Assembly: GCA_964428725.1 (NCBI GenBank) | Contig: CAYRYW010000011.1 | Span: 144-64,143 of the forward strand | Origin: an uncultured Dehalococcoidales bacterium | GTDB taxonomy: Bacteria; Chloroflexota; Dehalococcoidia; E44-bin15 | Reading direction: 5' to 3' | Length of the DNA: 64,000 nucleotides | Shown: positions 1 through 10,698 of the stretch, in pieces | Position numbering within the stretch: position 1 is the stretch's first letter | How the letters are laid out: each line of letters opens with the position of its first letter | Made by a program: the position numbers and the translations under genes | The notes under the pieces: generated by a model | Told to the model about the DNA's origin: nothing | Database searches by the model: none | What the model saw: the letters and a program-made list of their open reading frames with translations, nothing else

Positions 1-1
1 C

Positions 2-841
2 CCCGTCACGTTATCCGGGACGGCCGATCAAGATATTGCGATGAATAGCTGGGTCGCCGAGCCCACGTTTGACATCAACAAATCGGCCGGGGTCGTCACG
101 CTTTCGGAAGGCACGATGACTTTGGGTGCCAACTCCGATCACGCGGGATTAGTTATCGACGGTGCGTCGTCAACACTTGACTGCGATACGTACAATCTGG
201 CCGGTGCCGATGGAGCGGATATTATCGGCGCGAATTCAGGCAATATTGACTTCGGAAGTGGGCTTCTGACTCTCAATAACGGTGATCTTGACATAGCGTC
301 TGCGACAGTTACACGCGGGACGGCATCGTTTCTTGCGACTGGCGACGGCGACCACGCATTCGACACGGCCAATACTGCGTTGGGCGATCTTACGATTAAC
401 AAATCGGCAGGCACATTGACATTTGCCACCGCATTTACGTTTGATTCATTCCTGCGAACCGCTGGGGCGGTGAATTTCGGTGGTGGGTTAACACACACGA
501 CTATTGGCGATTTCACGATCTCCAGTACGGATGCCATCGATTCCACGGGGCTCGACACGAACACATTCACCGTGGGCGGTAATGCCCTGATTCGTGGGGT
601 GTCCGACTCGCAGAAATTGGCATTTGAGGCGGATACCCTAGTAACAATAGACGCGACGGGTACGTGCACTGCCAGGTACGTGGAGCTAAAGAACTGCACT
701 GCTGGAGTTACTGAGGGCATCGCGCACGACAGCATTGACAACACGGGAAATATCAATTGGTCCTTCGTCTTCACGCCTGTTGCTGGCATGGGACTAGGGC
801 TAGATTTAACGAGAGCATTTGATGGGTTCTCGGGGAGATAA
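2..841 (+). CDS. Fibre/adhesin-like beta-strand repeat protein, probably truncated at the window edge
   Basis: Frame is open from base 2 (first ATG at 41). Degenerate Gly/Thr/Asp/Ala-rich repeats (TINKSAGTLTF, GLLTLNNGDL) resemble beta-helical adhesin repeats. Lies in a fibre/tailspike block. Confidence 0.45.
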   Translation, partial: PVTLSGTADQDIAMNSWVAEPTFDINKSAGVVTLSEGTMTLGANSDHAGLVIDGASSTLDCDTYNLAGADGADIIGANSGNIDFGSGLLTLNNGDLDIASATVTRGTASFLATGDGDHAFDTANTALGDLTINKSAGTLTFATAFTFDSFLRTAGAVNFGGGLTHTTIGDFTISSTDAIDSTGLDTNTFTVGGNALIRGVSDSQKLAFEADTLVTIDATGTCTARYVELKNCTAGVTEGIAHDSIDNTGNINWSFVFTPVAGMGLGLDLTRAFDGFSGR

Positions 842-843
842 GC

Positions 844-1176
844 ATGGCAGATCAAGCTTTACACCAGCATGAAAGCAGATTGTGGACGAGCCACGAACCG
901 GCTGCTAACACGGCGGCAGTGGTAACAATTGCCGCTGCGACGAACAAATATCATCACATTTCCCAGGTGGTCTACAGTTACGACGCCGATCCTACCGGAG
1001 GCAGCCTAACTATCACGGATGGAACGTACACGGTGGTTGTCGACATCACGACAACAGGGCCTGGCTCTCTGTATTTCCCAAGGGAATTCGCCAGCTCCCT
1101 GGGTAGTGCGATTACGGTAACGCTTGCGGCTGGCGGTGCGGGCGTAACTGGCAAGCTGAATGTGCAGAGCGACTGA
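844..1176 (+). CDS. Hypothetical virion-associated protein
   Basis: 110-aa ORF starting 3 nt after the upstream stop, in the same operon as the fibre genes. Confidence 0.45.
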   Translation: MADQALHQHESRLWTSHEPAANTAAVVTIAAATNKYHHISQVVYSYDADPTGGSLTITDGTYTVVVDITTTGPGSLYFPREFASSLGSAITVTLAAGGAGVTGKLNVQSD

Positions 1177-1193
1177 TTAGTAGGTAGATTATC

Positions 1194-3578
1194 ATGCCTT
1201 CAGGGATTCCTATTCCAGAGCGAATGGACGTAGTCAACGTCAAGACCTACGGCGCCGTAGGGGATGGCGTGACGGACGATACCAGTGCATTCCAAGCGGC
1301 GCTGGATATCCTGAACGACTATTCGGACTTCACTGGGGTGTATACAACCTCCGGCGGAACGCTCTATATTCCTGCTGGCAAATATCTAATTACGTCCACC
1401 CTGGAAATCTTGGGCAACAACATCCAGATCAAGGGCGATTCTGGCCCTGACAACCTTGGACGGAACACATGGCTATATTACACGGGGTCTGGACACCTGT
1501 TTGAATTTCCGTCCTGCCAACAAGCACAGACAGCGGCCGGATTTTCGGCGTCGGGATTTGTTATTGTTGGTGGCGGACCTAATGCAGGCGGAACGGCGTT
1601 TTACATAAACACAGGGGTACTTGGGAATACTACTTTTCGCAGGGACCTGCATTTCTACAATCTTGGCGTTTTCGAGTTCGCGAAGGTTATAGATGTTGTC
1701 CAGGGTGCTGGCGACCATTATCAGATTGGCAAATTGACAATCGATACATGTTCCTTGAAGTGGAACAATCAGGTTGTCGATTTCAGCGGGCAGACATCGT
1801 GTAATCGCCTGCTAATAACTAATAACGATGCCACCAAGAATCACGAGGGTACAGACGACAATGGGCCGGTATTTCGGCTATGTGCGTTCAGCGCCACGAT
1901 CACGGACAACATCCTTGAGGGACAAGACGATACGCTCTACATCGCGCCGACATCACGCGATGTAACCATCCGGGATAATTTCTTCGAGGCCAACACTGGA
2001 TACGCCATACGTGCGTATACGATGACTAGACTGTGGCTCGGAATGAATTATTACTACGAGAGTAACCCCGGGGTGTCCGGTGAATCGGACAACATGTATG
2101 AAATCCAGGCATGTGATGATGTCTACATCCAAGAGCCGGAAAGCAGAATCGAGGACCTGGGCGGAAATACCAATGTACATTGGTTGGCCAATGCCCTGGA
2201 GAACATTGTCGAGGATACGACGCCGCAGCTTGGGGGCGACCTGGACCTCAACAGCAATTCGATTGTTACTACGTCGAACGGTAATATACCGCTACTGCCT
2301 GACGGGTCTGGCAAGGTTGGTGTGAATACCGCTAGTCCGCAATCCATACTGGATGTGCAGGGAGATGCTAGTTCGGCAGGAATCCTTACGCTGGCAACGC
2401 AGAAGACAGAGATTGTCGATGGGGATGAATTAGGGCGAATCAATTTCAACGCACCTTTGGAATCCTCTGGAAGCGATGCCATCCTTCCCGGAGCGTCGAT
2501 TTGGGCAGAAGCAAACGCAAGCTTTTTGTCGACCACGAACACTACGGATATCGTGTTCGGGACGAACAACACAGGGGCGGCAATAGAGAGAATGCGGCTG
2601 GATTCTCTCGGCAGATTGGCATTGGGAGACAGCAATCCACTGGTGCCGGTGCACCGGGCACACATTGTTGATGCGGACGTCTCTGACACGACGCTGAAAA
2701 TACAGAACACTGCAGGCCGCGATGTCCAGATCATCATGGGCACTAGCTCTACGCCTTCCGTCGACAATGTTGGTGTAACCATTGTGGCGGACAGGACCAA
2801 TGCGGATATCGCTGGAGATACCGACCTATTATTTAAGACCAGTTCTGGGACTACGATGGACACGCGCATGGTCGTCATGCACGATGGCCTGGTTGGGATC
2901 GGCGTTACTGATCCAGATGCGACACTGGAAGTATTTGACGCAACGACCCAGCTAAAATTGTCATACGACGCGGATACGGCAGCAACCGCCACGGTAGATT
3001 CTGGTGGTGACATTACTCTTGGGTGCGAAACTGACAAAACGCTAGTATTAGGTGAGCCGGTCTACAGAGACATCAACTTGGCCGGGTCTATTTTGAGTCT
3101 GCCGACATCAAGCCTCCCTGACGTTGATGAACTGAAAGACAGCACTGGCACAGACACTGGCATTTCTACATATGCATTCGCACCAGGCGAAGGGGTCAGC
3201 GGTGTATTCGAGCTTCAGCATGATTACAAAGAGGGGACGGACCTGTCCTTCCATATACACTGGCAAGGTATTGCGGCACCGACCGGCACGGACAAGGTGA
3301 AATGGCAGCTAATCTACACTGTTGCAAGGGCCAATGAAGTACTAGGCGCCGCAACGACCATAACGGTGGAAACAGACTTTGATACGCAATACGAAAGCAC
3401 GATAAGCGTGTTTGAGGCAATTACAGGAACCACGTTTAAGATTGGTGACCAATTCGCGTTTGACATAAGCCGTGTGTCAGCAACAGCCGACGAGTACGGA
3501 GGGGACGCATTGACACATACCCTGGGAATTCACTATCAGGTGGACACACTTGGCAGCAGGCAAATAGGCACGAAATAG
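1194..3578 (+). CDS. Tailspike/depolymerase with N-terminal pectate-lyase-type right-handed beta-helix
   Basis: N-terminus 'VNVKTYGAVGDGVTDDTSAFQAALD...GGTLYIPAGKYLITSTL' is the hallmark of the pectate_lyase_3/tailspike family. 794 aa. AGGTAG-type RBS upstream. Confidence 0.75.
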   Translation: MPSGIPIPERMDVVNVKTYGAVGDGVTDDTSAFQAALDILNDYSDFTGVYTTSGGTLYIPAGKYLITSTLEILGNNIQIKGDSGPDNLGRNTWLYYTGSGHLFEFPSCQQAQTAAGFSASGFVIVGGGPNAGGTAFYINTGVLGNTTFRRDLHFYNLGVFEFAKVIDVVQGAGDHYQIGKLTIDTCSLKWNNQVVDFSGQTSCNRLLITNNDATKNHEGTDDNGPVFRLCAFSATITDNILEGQDDTLYIAPTSRDVTIRDNFFEANTGYAIRAYTMTRLWLGMNYYYESNPGVSGESDNMYEIQACDDVYIQEPESRIEDLGGNTNVHWLANALENIVEDTTPQLGGDLDLNSNSIVTTSNGNIPLLPDGSGKVGVNTASPQSILDVQGDASSAGILTLATQKTEIVDGDELGRINFNAPLESSGSDAILPGASIWAEANASFLSTTNTTDIVFGTNNTGAAIERMRLDSLGRLALGDSNPLVPVHRAHIVDADVSDTTLKIQNTAGRDVQIIMGTSSTPSVDNVGVTIVADRTNADIAGDTDLLFKTSSGTTMDTRMVVMHDGLVGIGVTDPDATLEVFDATTQLKLSYDADTAATATVDSGGDITLGCETDKTLVLGEPVYRDINLAGSILSLPTSSLPDVDELKDSTGTDTGISTYAFAPGEGVSGVFELQHDYKEGTDLSFHIHWQGIAAPTGTDKVKWQLIYTVARANEVLGAATTITVETDFDTQYESTISVFEAITGTTFKIGDQFAFDISRVSATADEYGGDALTHTLGIHYQVDTLGSRQIGTK

Positions 3579-3595
3579 AACACTGAGGCATTGGC

Positions 3596-5491
3596 ATGTC
3601 CGGGGAACTGAATATCCATCTGGCAACAGGGCTGACTATCAAGGCGATAGTGTGGGGCGAGGACCGCACGACGCGATGGAATGGTTCGGCCATGGTTGCC
3701 GCCTCAGCTATTAGTGATGCTAATTGGGCCACTGGTATGATTACCTGCACGGAACAGCAAACATCCGACGCGAGCGGTACGGGTACATACGTTGGGGATT
3801 TCCCGGCAGGGATTACGACCGCTGGAGAGTATGCTATCGAGTATTACACCGGTGCCTCGCCGACACCAGGCCAAAACACGATGGGCGTCCAAACGGTCCA
3901 TTGGTCTGGCGCAGCAGTCGTCAATACAGACATCGACGCCAAAGCTGTGTGGGATCGTGTAATTACTAAGGCGAATCACAATATCGCTAATTCGGCTGGT
4001 AAGAAAGTAAGGGAGACAGCGGACTCCATTGTTATCTATGCCGGAGATGTAGTCTCGTCCACTGCGAATACAATTGTCCTTGATTCTGGCGCGAGCAGTC
4101 TTGACGGTGCCTATGATCCAGCCGCAATAGTGATTGTGTCAGGACTTGGAAGCGGGCAAGTGCGACACAGTCTTGAGTATTTCGGCAGTTCGCGCACGGC
4201 AATTGTAGATCGCGACTGGAAGGTGCAGCCAGATGCTACAAGCGAATTCGTGTTGCAGGCGGTGAACGGCGCGGCGACTACCAACGAAGGCCGGCTGCGA
4301 GCAGCAACAGGGACAACGGCGCAACTGAATGCGCTCGCAAGCACGGTAGACGACATATACAACGGGGAAACATTGCAGCTGGTAAGCGGTACGGGGCAGG
4401 ATCAATCGCGATCTATATTGGACTACGATGGCGCCACCCAAACGGTTACCGTGGATGCGTTCACTGTCACGCCGGATGCAACGACCGGTTACAAAATGCT
4501 CCCGATCATTACGGACAAATCCACTCTAGCGACTGAAGCGAAACAAGACACACTCCTTGCCAGAATCGGCGCATTCACGGGCACAGGTGTAAATACCGTC
4601 CTTGGATTCCTAAAAGCTATGGCGAGTAAGGCGGCTACGCTGCCTAGCGACATTGGTGGAACGTATGACGTGACGACAGACAGTCTTGAGGCACTTCGTG
4701 AATCACAAGACACACTGAGCACTGACATTGGTGATGTGCAGACAGATCAGACAACGCTGCTTAATAGAGTTGGAGCATTCACTGGAACTGGCGTCAATAC
4801 AATCCTCGGCTTCCTGAAGGCGATGACTAGCAAGGTTGCAACGCTACCCAGCGACATTGGCGGGACCTATGATGTGGCGGCAGATAGCCTGGAAGCCATT
4901 CGAGACAGGGGAGATGCCGCTTGGACATCGTCGGATACTGGTAGTGGAGCGTGGACCGTAACGATAACCGTCAACGATGGTACCGACCCGCTCGAAAATG
5001 CAACAGTTCGCATGACCAATGGAGGCGAGAGCTACACCGCGACAACGAACGTTAGCGGGCAATGCTCATTCTCGTTGGATTCCGCTACATGGAATGTCGC
5101 AATCACCAAGGCGACGTATTCCTTCACCCCAACTACACTTGCCGTATCGGCAGACACAAGCCAAACGTATTCGATGACAGCAGTGAGCATTCCAGCAAGT
5201 AATCCGGGCTTTGTTACGGGGTATTTCTACTGTTACGATGAGGATGGAATAGTTGAAGAAGGCGCATCGGTCTCCGTGAAAATACACGACTTGCCGGGCA
5301 CGGGGATTAGTGCGGATACCAAGGTGCGCACGGAAACGAGCGATGCAACCGGATTGGTATCATTTACCAACATGTTCATCGGAGCCCAATACAAGATACG
5401 ACGAGGCGACGAGCGACCGTGGAAGACGGTGGAGATTCCAGCGAGTGCAACCGATCCTTACGCGATTCCGAACGTGTTGGGGCTCGAATAA
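3596..5491 (+). CDS. Tail fibre protein with internally duplicated module and C-terminal Ig/carboxypeptidase-regulatory-like domains
   Basis: 631-aa ORF with a duplicated ~65-aa block (GAFTGTGVNT(V/I)LGFLKAM.SK.ATLPSDIGGTYDV). The C-terminal 'TVTITVNDGTDPLENATVRMTNGGESYTATTNVSGQCSF' is typical of a CarboxypepD_reg-like beta-sandwich. Confidence 0.6.
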   Translation: MSGELNIHLATGLTIKAIVWGEDRTTRWNGSAMVAASAISDANWATGMITCTEQQTSDASGTGTYVGDFPAGITTAGEYAIEYYTGASPTPGQNTMGVQTVHWSGAAVVNTDIDAKAVWDRVITKANHNIANSAGKKVRETADSIVIYAGDVVSSTANTIVLDSGASSLDGAYDPAAIVIVSGLGSGQVRHSLEYFGSSRTAIVDRDWKVQPDATSEFVLQAVNGAATTNEGRLRAATGTTAQLNALASTVDDIYNGETLQLVSGTGQDQSRSILDYDGATQTVTVDAFTVTPDATTGYKMLPIITDKSTLATEAKQDTLLARIGAFTGTGVNTVLGFLKAMASKAATLPSDIGGTYDVTTDSLEALRESQDTLSTDIGDVQTDQTTLLNRVGAFTGTGVNTILGFLKAMTSKVATLPSDIGGTYDVAADSLEAIRDRGDAAWTSSDTGSGAWTVTITVNDGTDPLENATVRMTNGGESYTATTNVSGQCSFSLDSATWNVAITKATYSFTPTTLAVSADTSQTYSMTAVSIPASNPGFVTGYFYCYDEDGIVEEGASVSVKIHDLPGTGISADTKVRTETSDATGLVSFTNMFIGAQYKIRRGDERPWKTVEIPASATDPYAIPNVLGLE

Positions 5492-5847
5492 TGGCCGAAA
5501 TACAGAATCTGCGAGCATTGGAGGACAAGCTGCGGAAGTTGTCCAGAGCCTATGGTAATAGCCCCAAGGAAGCCGTCAGGGTCGGCTACACGGCGAATTA
5601 CGCGGTGTATGTCCATGAGAATATGGAGGCTCGGCACACGGTAGGGCAGGCAAAGTATTTGGAAAAGCCAGCCAGGGAAATGAAGCCAGAATTCCGCAGG
5701 ATAATCGAGGATAGCATGCGAAAGGGCGCAACCTTACTGAAGGCTCTGCTTCTCACGGGACTTCGGTTACAGCGAGAGAGCCAGGATTTGGTGCCAATCG
5801 ACACGGGAAACCTTCGGGCTAGTGCATTCACGGAAGAGGATAGATGA
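5491..5847 (+). CDS. HK97 gp10-like tail/head-tail joining protein
   Basis: ATG overlaps the upstream TAA (TAATG). C-terminal 'LVPIDTGNLRASAF' matches the gp10-family motif (vP.dTG.Lr.S). Confidence 0.55.
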   Translation: MAEIQNLRALEDKLRKLSRAYGNSPKEAVRVGYTANYAVYVHENMEARHTVGQAKYLEKPAREMKPEFRRIIEDSMRKGATLLKALLLTGLRLQRESQDLVPIDTGNLRASAFTEEDR

Positions 5848-6293
5848 GCGGTTCCCTCAATCACTCGCCGGCAGATATCATGCGCCATACTCTGGTGGAG
5901 TTGGGTTTGGGGACATTGCCTACGTCGCGAGAAGACTGGCCGATAAGCTATTCGCAAGAGCCGGACAGCCCGGACGATGCAATTACGCTGTACGATACGA
6001 CCAGCAGGATTGATGGACGGTCACATTTGAGCGGAGAAACGTGGCTGCATTATGGAATCCAGGTCAGGATTCGTAGTTACGCAGTCAGCCCTGGAAGGAC
6101 CAAGGCGAACGCGATAACCGAGGCATTGGATAAGGACATTCAATATCGCCCAATAACGATTGCTGGCACAACGTACATCGTATACACCGTGACGCGCACT
6201 ACTGATATTGTGTCTCTCGGGAAAGAAGTGAGGGACACGAAGCGGAATCTATTCACCATCAACGCTGTTGTAGCATTGAGACAAACGTCTTGA
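5844..6293 (+). CDS. Tail completion/terminator-like protein
   Basis: 149-aa ORF with ATGA start-stop overlap, positioned between the gp10-like and tail tube genes. Confidence 0.45.
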   Translation: MSGSLNHSPADIMRHTLVELGLGTLPTSREDWPISYSQEPDSPDDAITLYDTTSRIDGRSHLSGETWLHYGIQVRIRSYAVSPGRTKANAITEALDKDIQYRPITIAGTTYIVYTVTRTTDIVSLGKEVRDTKRNLFTINAVVALRQTS

Positions 6294-6311
6294 CAATATT
6301 AGGAGATAACC

Positions 6312-6809
6312 ATGGCTGCTCCAACTGCAACCACTAGACTCGACCCTTCTGATGCGCCGACTAATGGCATCAAATTGGAAGACGGGCACCCAACAAAAGT
6401 TACAATTGGTAGCCGTCCGTCGCTGCTGATTTGGGAGAAGACTGCCTCGCCACCGCCAGTGGAAGGCGGGGATGCAATCGACACGACCACGTTTTTCAAC
6501 ACCACGTGGAGAACGTCTGCGCCAAGGGCACTGAAGACCCTAGATGAATTCACCTACACTGGTGCATATGAACCAGGTATCTATGGCACTGATGAGATCA
6601 TGGCGGCCGTTAACCGGCGCGACACGATCACGGTGGAATTCCCGGACGGGTCGACGTTGGCATTCTATGGCTATTTGCGACGGTTCGAGCCGGGGGAACA
6701 CGTCGAGGGCGAGATGCCTATGGCGACGATCACTATTGTGCCGACGAATTGGGACCCGACGAACAGAACCGAAGAGGCGCCTGTATTGACAAATGTGGCA
6801 GGCACATGA
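6312..6809 (+). CDS. Major tail (tube) protein candidate
   Basis: 165 aa with a strong RBS (TAGGAGATAACC ATG), immediately upstream of the chaperone/tape-measure genes. Confidence 0.5.
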   Translation: MAAPTATTRLDPSDAPTNGIKLEDGHPTKVTIGSRPSLLIWEKTASPPPVEGGDAIDTTTFFNTTWRTSAPRALKTLDEFTYTGAYEPGIYGTDEIMAAVNRRDTITVEFPDGSTLAFYGYLRRFEPGEHVEGEMPMATITIVPTNWDPTNRTEEAPVLTNVAGT

Positions 6810-6893
6810 TAATTGCGCAAACGTCCCCGGGGAGTGATTGGCAGTGCTCCCCGGGGACTTGGGAAGGCCTGCCAGTTTAGGAGCGAAATAGAC

Positions 6894-7253
6894 ATGACTA
6901 GGGAAATCACCAATCTTGGTACCACGACGCTTGATTGTGCGGACTTCGAGATCGACGGGAATCGATACACACTGTACGAGCCGACCGGAGAGGTAGTGAG
7001 GCAGTACCGCAATTCCGTCCTGAATGGCGCGACCATCGGCCCTGACGGCAAACCGCAAAAGCTTGAAGGCGCGGCCGATGCCGATTCGTTGCTCGTTGCG
7101 TTGTGCTTGCGCGACAGCGACGGGAAAAACGTATCGCTGGCAACCGTTCGTGGGTGGCCCAATCGGATTCAGACGCCTCTTGCGGACAAGGCACGCGAAC
7201 TCGGTGGCTTGGACCTAACCGAGGATGAGGTAACCGAGACGGCAAAAAACTAG
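6894..7253 (+). CDS. Tail assembly chaperone candidate
   Basis: Start chosen at the ATG after an AGGAG RBS. Acidic C-terminus. Canonical position upstream of the tape measure. Confidence 0.45.
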   Translation: MTREITNLGTTTLDCADFEIDGNRYTLYEPTGEVVRQYRNSVLNGATIGPDGKPQKLEGAADADSLLVALCLRDSDGKNVSLATVRGWPNRIQTPLADKARELGGLDLTEDEVTETAKN

Positions 7254-7273
7254 CCAAGGAGTACCAATCGTGG

Positions 7274-7615
7274 ATGTATTTGGCACTCCGCCTGAAAATG
7301 ACGCTTGCCGAATGCCTAGCGAAAGTATCATATAACGAGTACCTAGCATGGCAAGCGTATTTTCAGCTTGAGATGGACGAGCCGAGCAGGACCGATTGGT
7401 ACCTGATGAGAGTTGCCCAAGAGGTGCGAAGCCAGACACATGCGTTATGTAATTCCAATGCGGCTGTTCCTGGCATTGAATCATTCAAGGTGCCCTTCGA
7501 GGTGAAACGACCACGCAAGGCTCCGGCGGCTCAGACCAAAAAGCAGGTGTCAGATATACTGAAAAAGCGGTGGATGGCTATTGTTGGAGGGGTAAAGCAT
7601 GGCAAGCGAAGTTGA
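7274..7615 (+). CDS. Second tail assembly chaperone-like protein
   Basis: 113-aa ORF directly preceding and overlapping the tape measure start. Confidence 0.4.
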   Translation: MYLALRLKMTLAECLAKVSYNEYLAWQAYFQLEMDEPSRTDWYLMRVAQEVRSQTHALCNSNAAVPGIESFKVPFEVKRPRKAPAAQTKKQVSDILKKRWMAIVGGVKHGKRS

Positions 7616-9749
7616 GCTAGAACGGCTTGTAGTCCGACTTCTCGGGGACCAAAAGTCCTATCAGGCCATGCTGAAGACTGCGCAAAGCAGCACTCGCTCG
7701 GCGACACGATCGATTGTATCGACATTAAATACGGTCGAGAGAAAAGCAGTGGAAACCGGCAAGGTGCTTACTGCTGCCATAACGCTACCACTGGTTGGCC
7801 TCGGCACCGCTGCTACGAAGATGTCTACCGATCTGAATGCCGCCATGGCGAACGTTGGGGCTCTCGGACTAGCGCCGGAACGAGTGCGCGAGCTGAAAAC
7901 GGGAGTCCAAGCTCTTGGCGTGGAAGTCGGCAAAACAACAGGCGATATTGCTGGTGGTTTGTTCCAGGTGGTCTCTGCATTTGGCGATACGGCAGATACC
8001 ATGGAGGTATTGCGGATCAACGCAAAAGCTGCCACTGCCGGGCTGGCGACTACGACAGATGCTATCAATCTCACTAGCGCAGTCACGAAGGGCTACGGCG
8101 ACACGTCAGCGAAAGCTGTCCAGAAAGTGGCCGACCTGGCGTTTGTCACGAACAAATTGGGCCAAACGACATTCCCGGAGTTGGCCTCAAGTATTGGCAG
8201 GGTCATCCCGCTAGCTGCGGAATTACAGGTTACGCAGGAAGAAGTCTTTGCGGTCATGGCTACGGGGACAGGCGTTACGGGGAATGCGGCAGAAGTGACT
8301 ACGCAATTACGCGGAGCCCTTCAGGCGTTGTCGTCTCCTTCGGCGGACATGATAAAGCTGCTGAAAAAGACTGGCTTCGAGAGCGGAAAGGCAGTTATTG
8401 AGCAGAAGGGCCTGCAGGGTGCTATAGAATTTGTCACCAGAGAGGCGACGAAGAGCAAACTGCCACTCCAGCGATACATCGGCAGCATTGAGGGGCAAAC
8501 ACTTGCACTTGCACTCACTGGCAGCCAAACAGATGTCTACAAGGAGAAACTGAAGGCGATGCAAGACGCTAGTGGTGCAGCGGAAGGGGCATTTGCAACC
8601 CAAACGGACACCATAAACAAGCTAGGTTTTGCTTACAAGAAAATGGTGGTAAGAGTTCAAGTTCTTGCGCAAAACATTGGAGACGTTCTAACACCTGCCG
8701 TGTTAGAATTGACAAAGCTTGTAGATCCTTTACTCACTTCTGTAGAAAAGTTGTCTCTAAGGTTCTCTCGTCTTGATCCAAAAATCCAAGCAACTACGCT
8801 TGCTGTCATTGCCTTAGTTAGTGCTGTTGGTCCGGCATTGTTCATATCTGCAAAACTTCTAGGTGTCCTTATAGCTACAGTAAAGGTATTGGCAGCAATC
8901 GTAGGGCTCATGAATCCTTGGGTAGTTGGGCTAGTTGCTGTAGGTGCTGCGATAGCCGGAATAGTGTTGTGGTTAGAAGGTTCGGACGGGTTGATTGCCG
9001 CTTGGAACAACGCAAAACAAGCAGTCATGAGCTTTGTAGATCGGTCGATAGGGTTTTTCCAGAACTTCCAGGAAAATATGGCAATAATCAACAAGTGGCT
9101 GAGAAACAATTGGAAGGTATTGCTATCAGACCTTGGAAAAAACTTCATGAATCTGATTCAAGCAATGGTCAACAACGCAAGTACTGGCGTTGGTCTTCTG
9201 GCGCGCCTGTTTGCATTGGGGGCAGGGTTCATTGCTAATAAACTTCGCGAGGTGTTCACTGTTCGGTTTATTCGTTCAGTTATGCAGGGCTTAAATACTG
9301 CACTTAAGCTTGTTATAGGTTTTGCCAAAGCTGCTGGAACAGCCATTGCCAAAGGTCTTTTGGGAGAAGAAGTTCTTTTCGCTCCTCCCCCAGAATTTGA
9401 AAGAGCCCTCATTCAAGGCTTTAAGGCAGACACCTTAGAAGAATTCAGCGAAGAGGTAGGAAACATTGTTAAAGGTGCTGTTCAGAATCTACAACTACCT
9501 AAAGTAGAGTTTACAGCATTGCCCGAAGTAAACCTGAAACGGACTGGTCCATTGCTTCCAGCGTTTCCTGATGTGCCGAGTTTATTGCAGGCATCGCCAG
9601 TGCAAAAAGAGACACAATCCGCACTGATAAACAGACTCGGACAAGATACGAGTATCACAAGGCTGCTGGAAGAGCAATTGCTAGAGCAGCAAGAGCTGAG
9701 AGGCGCAATCGAGACGTTGCCTGTCATCGAAACAGCGGAAATACCATAA
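7599..9749 (+). CDS. Tail tape measure protein
   Basis: 716 aa, Ala/Leu/Gly-rich and helical. TP901-type core ('TTDAINLTSAVTKGYGD', 'FVTNKLGQTTFPELASSIG') plus hydrophobic glycine-zipper segments. Confidence 0.85.
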   Translation: MASEVELERLVVRLLGDQKSYQAMLKTAQSSTRSATRSIVSTLNTVERKAVETGKVLTAAITLPLVGLGTAATKMSTDLNAAMANVGALGLAPERVRELKTGVQALGVEVGKTTGDIAGGLFQVVSAFGDTADTMEVLRINAKAATAGLATTTDAINLTSAVTKGYGDTSAKAVQKVADLAFVTNKLGQTTFPELASSIGRVIPLAAELQVTQEEVFAVMATGTGVTGNAAEVTTQLRGALQALSSPSADMIKLLKKTGFESGKAVIEQKGLQGAIEFVTREATKSKLPLQRYIGSIEGQTLALALTGSQTDVYKEKLKAMQDASGAAEGAFATQTDTINKLGFAYKKMVVRVQVLAQNIGDVLTPAVLELTKLVDPLLTSVEKLSLRFSRLDPKIQATTLAVIALVSAVGPALFISAKLLGVLIATVKVLAAIVGLMNPWVVGLVAVGAAIAGIVLWLEGSDGLIAAWNNAKQAVMSFVDRSIGFFQNFQENMAIINKWLRNNWKVLLSDLGKNFMNLIQAMVNNASTGVGLLARLFALGAGFIANKLREVFTVRFIRSVMQGLNTALKLVIGFAKAAGTAIAKGLLGEEVLFAPPPEFERALIQGFKADTLEEFSEEVGNIVKGAVQNLQLPKVEFTALPEVNLKRTGPLLPAFPDVPSLLQASPVQKETQSALINRLGQDTSITRLLEEQLLEQQELRGAIETLPVIETAEIP

Positions 9750-9762
9750 CGGAGCAAACACA

Positions 9763-10677
9763 GTGTCAGCCATTTACGTAGACCTGCTCGACTGGAGCCT
9801 TGACCGTGACGGTGAGGGGCACAGAACCTACACCTCGCTGCATAAGGTCGAGACGACGGATTATGGCGACGGGCCAGGAACCGTGATGGAAACCGCCGGG
9901 CTACCCGCGATAGGCTCGTTTTGGAATTTCGGCAACGAGGTGGATTTTTGGGCGATTTGTCGCCCCAATATGCGCGTGCGCAGGTACAAGGCACGCAAGG
10001 GCGAGAATCACGTACACTGGTCCGTGGAGCTTACGCACAGCACGATTCCTTGGGAACGGTGCCAAGACACCACAGTAGAAGACCCGCTATTAGAGCCACA
10101 GAGAGTAAGCGGGAGCTACGTGCGAGAGAAAACCGTTGCTGAAGTCGACAGAAACGGCGACCGGATCGAGGCGAGTAGCTTTGATCTGTATCCAGAGAAC
10201 CAGAGGCAGAAAGATGAAGTGCGGCCTGTAGTGCGGATTCAACAGAACGTGGCCGACTTGCAATTGGACCTATTTTCCGAGCAAGTCAACACAGTCAATG
10301 ACGATGTATTGTGGGGCATGCCAGCACGCACCATCAAGCTCTCGGAATTGTCATGGGAACGCAGGGTATTAGGTGTTTGCACCTACTACTATACGCGGAC
10401 GTTTGACTTTGAAATCAACTCGAATACGTTTGATTTGCATTTGCGGGACGAGGGATTCCGTGAAGTCAACGCTCTGAAGGTTGGTGCGAACCCTAACAAT
10501 GTCAAGGATTTCATAAACATCCTAGACAACGTAGACAACATGCCGACGTCGCCGGTACCGTTCCCTCTCGATGGCAATGGTATCTTCTTAAATCCAGGGC
10601 TGCCTGAGGTATTCAACGATTTCGAGCATTACGACGAATCGGACTTCACGTTGCTCGGGATTCCAACGACACTGTGA
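9763..10677 (+). CDS. Distal tail/baseplate protein candidate
   Basis: 304-aa ORF (GTG start) immediately after the tape measure. Confidence 0.45.
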   Translation: MSAIYVDLLDWSLDRDGEGHRTYTSLHKVETTDYGDGPGTVMETAGLPAIGSFWNFGNEVDFWAICRPNMRVRRYKARKGENHVHWSVELTHSTIPWERCQDTTVEDPLLEPQRVSGSYVREKTVAEVDRNGDRIEASSFDLYPENQRQKDEVRPVVRIQQNVADLQLDLFSEQVNTVNDDVLWGMPARTIKLSELSWERRVLGVCTYYYTRTFDFEINSNTFDLHLRDEGFREVNALKVGANPNNVKDFINILDNVDNMPTSPVPFPLDGNGIFLNPGLPEVFNDFEHYDESDFTLLGIPTTL

Positions 10678-10698
10678 CGACAAGGCAAGGCGAACGCC

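Noticed and set aside
6894-7615. Programmed -1 frameshift between the two tail-chaperone-like genes (the G/GT paradigm).
   Set aside because: The two ORFs are separated by a stop and a 20-nt gap. I found no slippery heptamer near the end of the first ORF, and the second has its own ATG.
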